Shown here piece by piece: positions 62,453 to 64,000 of a DNA stretch of 64,000 nt. The notes under the pieces were generated by a model. The model made no database searches, had not been told where the DNA came from, and was given only the letters and a program-made list of their open reading frames with translations. Each line of letters starts with the position of its first letter. Position 1 is the first letter of the stretch. The stretch is from Candidatus Poseidoniaceae archaeon. GTDB lineage: Archaea > Thermoplasmatota > Poseidoniia > Poseidoniales > Poseidoniaceae. Made by a program: the position numbers and the translations under genes. The stretch is taken from assembly GCA_964228815.1 (NCBI GenBank), contig CAXRAL010000007.1, positions 41,891-105,890 on the forward strand, read 5' to 3'.

Positions 62453-62770
62453 TCACTCGGATGAAAGAGCATCGACCACCATCTTCACGGCGGCGTCTTG
62501 GTTGCTTGCAGAGTTGGATTCGATCTTGCTGACTTCGCCGGCCCCGGTCGCTTTGACCTGGTCGGCTTCGCCTTGTGCCTCGGCTCGTGCATCATCGAGA
62601 ATCTTCTGGGTCATGGCCACGGTTTCATCGGCGGCGTCTTGAACCATCTCGGATGCTTTTCGACGGGCATCTGAGAGGATTTTGGAGGCTTCTTCTTGGG
62701 CCTCTGCAAGTCGCTTTTCGGCGTCTTGCTCGGCCGTTTTGATGCTTCGAAGGACTTCGGACATACCCAT
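62453..62770 (-). CDS. atpH: A-type ATP synthase subunit H
   Basis: First gene of the operon; Ala/Glu/Lys-rich ~105 aa (KTAEQDAEKRLAEAQEEASKIL). ATG 62770 or 62764; the track start is GTG. Confidence 0.6.
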   Translation of the reverse strand: MGMSEVLRSIKTAEQDAEKRLAEAQEEASKILSDARRKASEMVQDAADETVAMTQKILDDARAEAQGEADQVKATGAGEVSKIESNSASNQDAAVKMVVDALSSE

Positions 62771-62836
62771 GAAGAACACCTGTTGATTTTCGCACCGAAA
62801 GGGGGTTTAAGAGTCTAACGGGGTGCGTTCTTGGCC

Positions 62837-63616
62837 TCAGTTTTCGGGCTTGGTGCCACGGAATCGGCTGGCCATGCCAAACGGATAGAGAAGGCGTCCT
62901 TGAACATTGGAAAATCCTACTTCTCGTAGCATGTTCCGGTAGTAGCCGTTGGTGCCGTAGTGCGTGTAACTGGCGGCCAACCCCTTCCATGGATGATTCT
63001 TCTCTTTGGTGATGAGACGGGCCATGACTTGGACCACGCTGTTCATCCACAGGTAGCCGAAGAAACCGTGCAGCTTGTTCGCTTTCCCTGCATCACAGAT
63101 CACCAGACGGCCACCGGGTTTGAGCACGCGATAAATTTCCCTCAACCCCTGTGCTTTGTCTTGGAAATCTCGGAAGGAAAACAGACAGAAGACCATGTCG
63201 AAGGTGTTGTCGGGCAGCGGGATGTTTTCGGCAATGGCCTGAACGTATTCAGCGGGACCCTCACCGCGAGCCGCACGGGCAGCATCAACCCGTGGTTGTG
63301 CCGTGGCGAGCATCTCAGGCGAGGGGTCGAGGCAGGTCAGTTCCATCCCGACCAAATCCTCAGCGAACGACCCGGGGCCGCATCCCACTTCAAGCACCTT
63401 CATACCAGGCTCAGCATGGTTTCGGACGTTTCGCCGCCAGCGCTTGTCTTGACCGAAGGTCATCCAGGTGTTGACGCGGTCGTAGTTGGGAATGGTGGCT
63501 TCGAGTTGCCCCTCAAGCATTTCCCAAGCGTCGGCATCGATGCCCGAGGCGTCGAACCCGCCGGTCGCTGCTCGCTTCCCCATGATGGATGGCGAGCCCC
63601 CGACCGTTTTGGACAT
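62837..63616 (-). CDS. UbiE/MenG-family SAM-dependent methyltransferase (demethylmenaquinone methyltransferase-like)
   Basis: IPNYDRVNTWMTFGQDKRWRR (UbiE YDxMNdxmSfGxHRxWR motif), SAM motif VLEVGCGPG, LKPGGRLVI. ATG 63616. Confidence 0.6.
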   Translation of the reverse strand: MSKTVGGSPSIMGKRAATGGFDASGIDADAWEMLEGQLEATIPNYDRVNTWMTFGQDKRWRRNVRNHAEPGMKVLEVGCGPGSFAEDLVGMELTCLDPSPEMLATAQPRVDAARAARGEGPAEYVQAIAENIPLPDNTFDMVFCLFSFRDFQDKAQGLREIYRVLKPGGRLVICDAGKANKLHGFFGYLWMNSVVQVMARLITKEKNHPWKGLAASYTHYGTNGYYRNMLREVGFSNVQGRLLYPFGMASRFRGTKPEN

Positions 63617-63638
63617 GTCGTTTGGTCCACAGCGCCCT

Positions 63639-64000
63639 TCAGGCGATACGTTCCACGGTTTCTGGCGTGATGCCCTCCTCGGGCGTGACACGGAACACGA
63701 GAATCTTGAGGTTCTCCGGAGCGTTTCTGAACTTGGAGACAATCATCGAGTTCTCAAAATCCGTACCGATGGTTCGAACCTTGAACGACAAGACCATGTC
63801 GGCGATGGAAGACAATTCCTGTTTGATGGCCGGGTCAAGGCCGTCGGTGGACACCGAAATCATGAGCAAGCCACGGACCATCTGGGCGTGGGCTTGAAGC
63901 ATACGGACCATGGATATCACGCGAGCCGGGTCCTCACGCTGGAGGAAAAAGTCCAGGTTGTCGAGGACGGCCCTAAAATACGGTCCAAGGCCCATGATTT
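63639..64000 (-). CDS. RecA-superfamily (KaiC-like) ATPase, C-terminal fragment; gene continues beyond window end
   Basis: C-terminal pattern MVLSFKVRTIGTDFENSMIVSKFRNAPENLKILVFRVTPEEGITP resembles KaiC/RadA-like C-termini. Upstream part is outside the window. Confidence 0.35.
   Translation of the reverse strand, partial: IMGLGPYFRAVLDNLDFFLQREDPARVISMVRMLQAHAQMVRGLLMISVSTDGLDPAIKQELSSIADMVLSFKVRTIGTDFENSMIVSKFRNAPENLKILVFRVTPEEGITPETVERIA

Overview
This window is a GC-rich, densely coding stretch of an archaeal chromosome, with about 50 genes and short intergenic gaps. Archaeal hallmarks are an A-type ATP synthase operon (ahaH-I-K-E-C-F-A-B-D), aIF2-gamma, ribosomal protein S6e, Dph2 and two Orc1/Cdc6-type genes. 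It also carries class II HMG-CoA reductase and gyrase, as in Thermoplasmatota, and a cluster of secreted peptidases with C-terminal membrane anchors. By inference this points to a Marine-Group-II/Thermoplasmatota-like organism. No rRNA, tRNA, CRISPR or mobile elements were found.

The window carries an unusual number of replication and chromosome-maintenance genes: Hel308, gyrB-gyrA, canonical orc1, a divergent second Orc1-like gene and SMC-ScpA-ScpB. The most interesting material is:
- a translationally coupled three-gene operon headed by the divergent Orc1/Cdc6-like ATPase, preceded by an 11-bp-phased TTAACGC repeat array;
- an apparently catalytically dead site-2-protease (M50) homologue at the end of the ATPase operon;
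- a bacterial-type (class II) CCA/poly(A) nucleotidyltransferase next to a ParB-like nuclease gene;
- a thymidylate kinase fused to an uncharacterised C-terminal domain;
- an EF-hand protein.

Two properties of the ORF track matter. It omits ORFs that run off the window edge, so I found the Hel308 gene at 1..2042 by reading the minus strand directly. Several of its ORFs begin with TTG or GTG, so many N-termini are over-extended, and I re-derived starts where I could.
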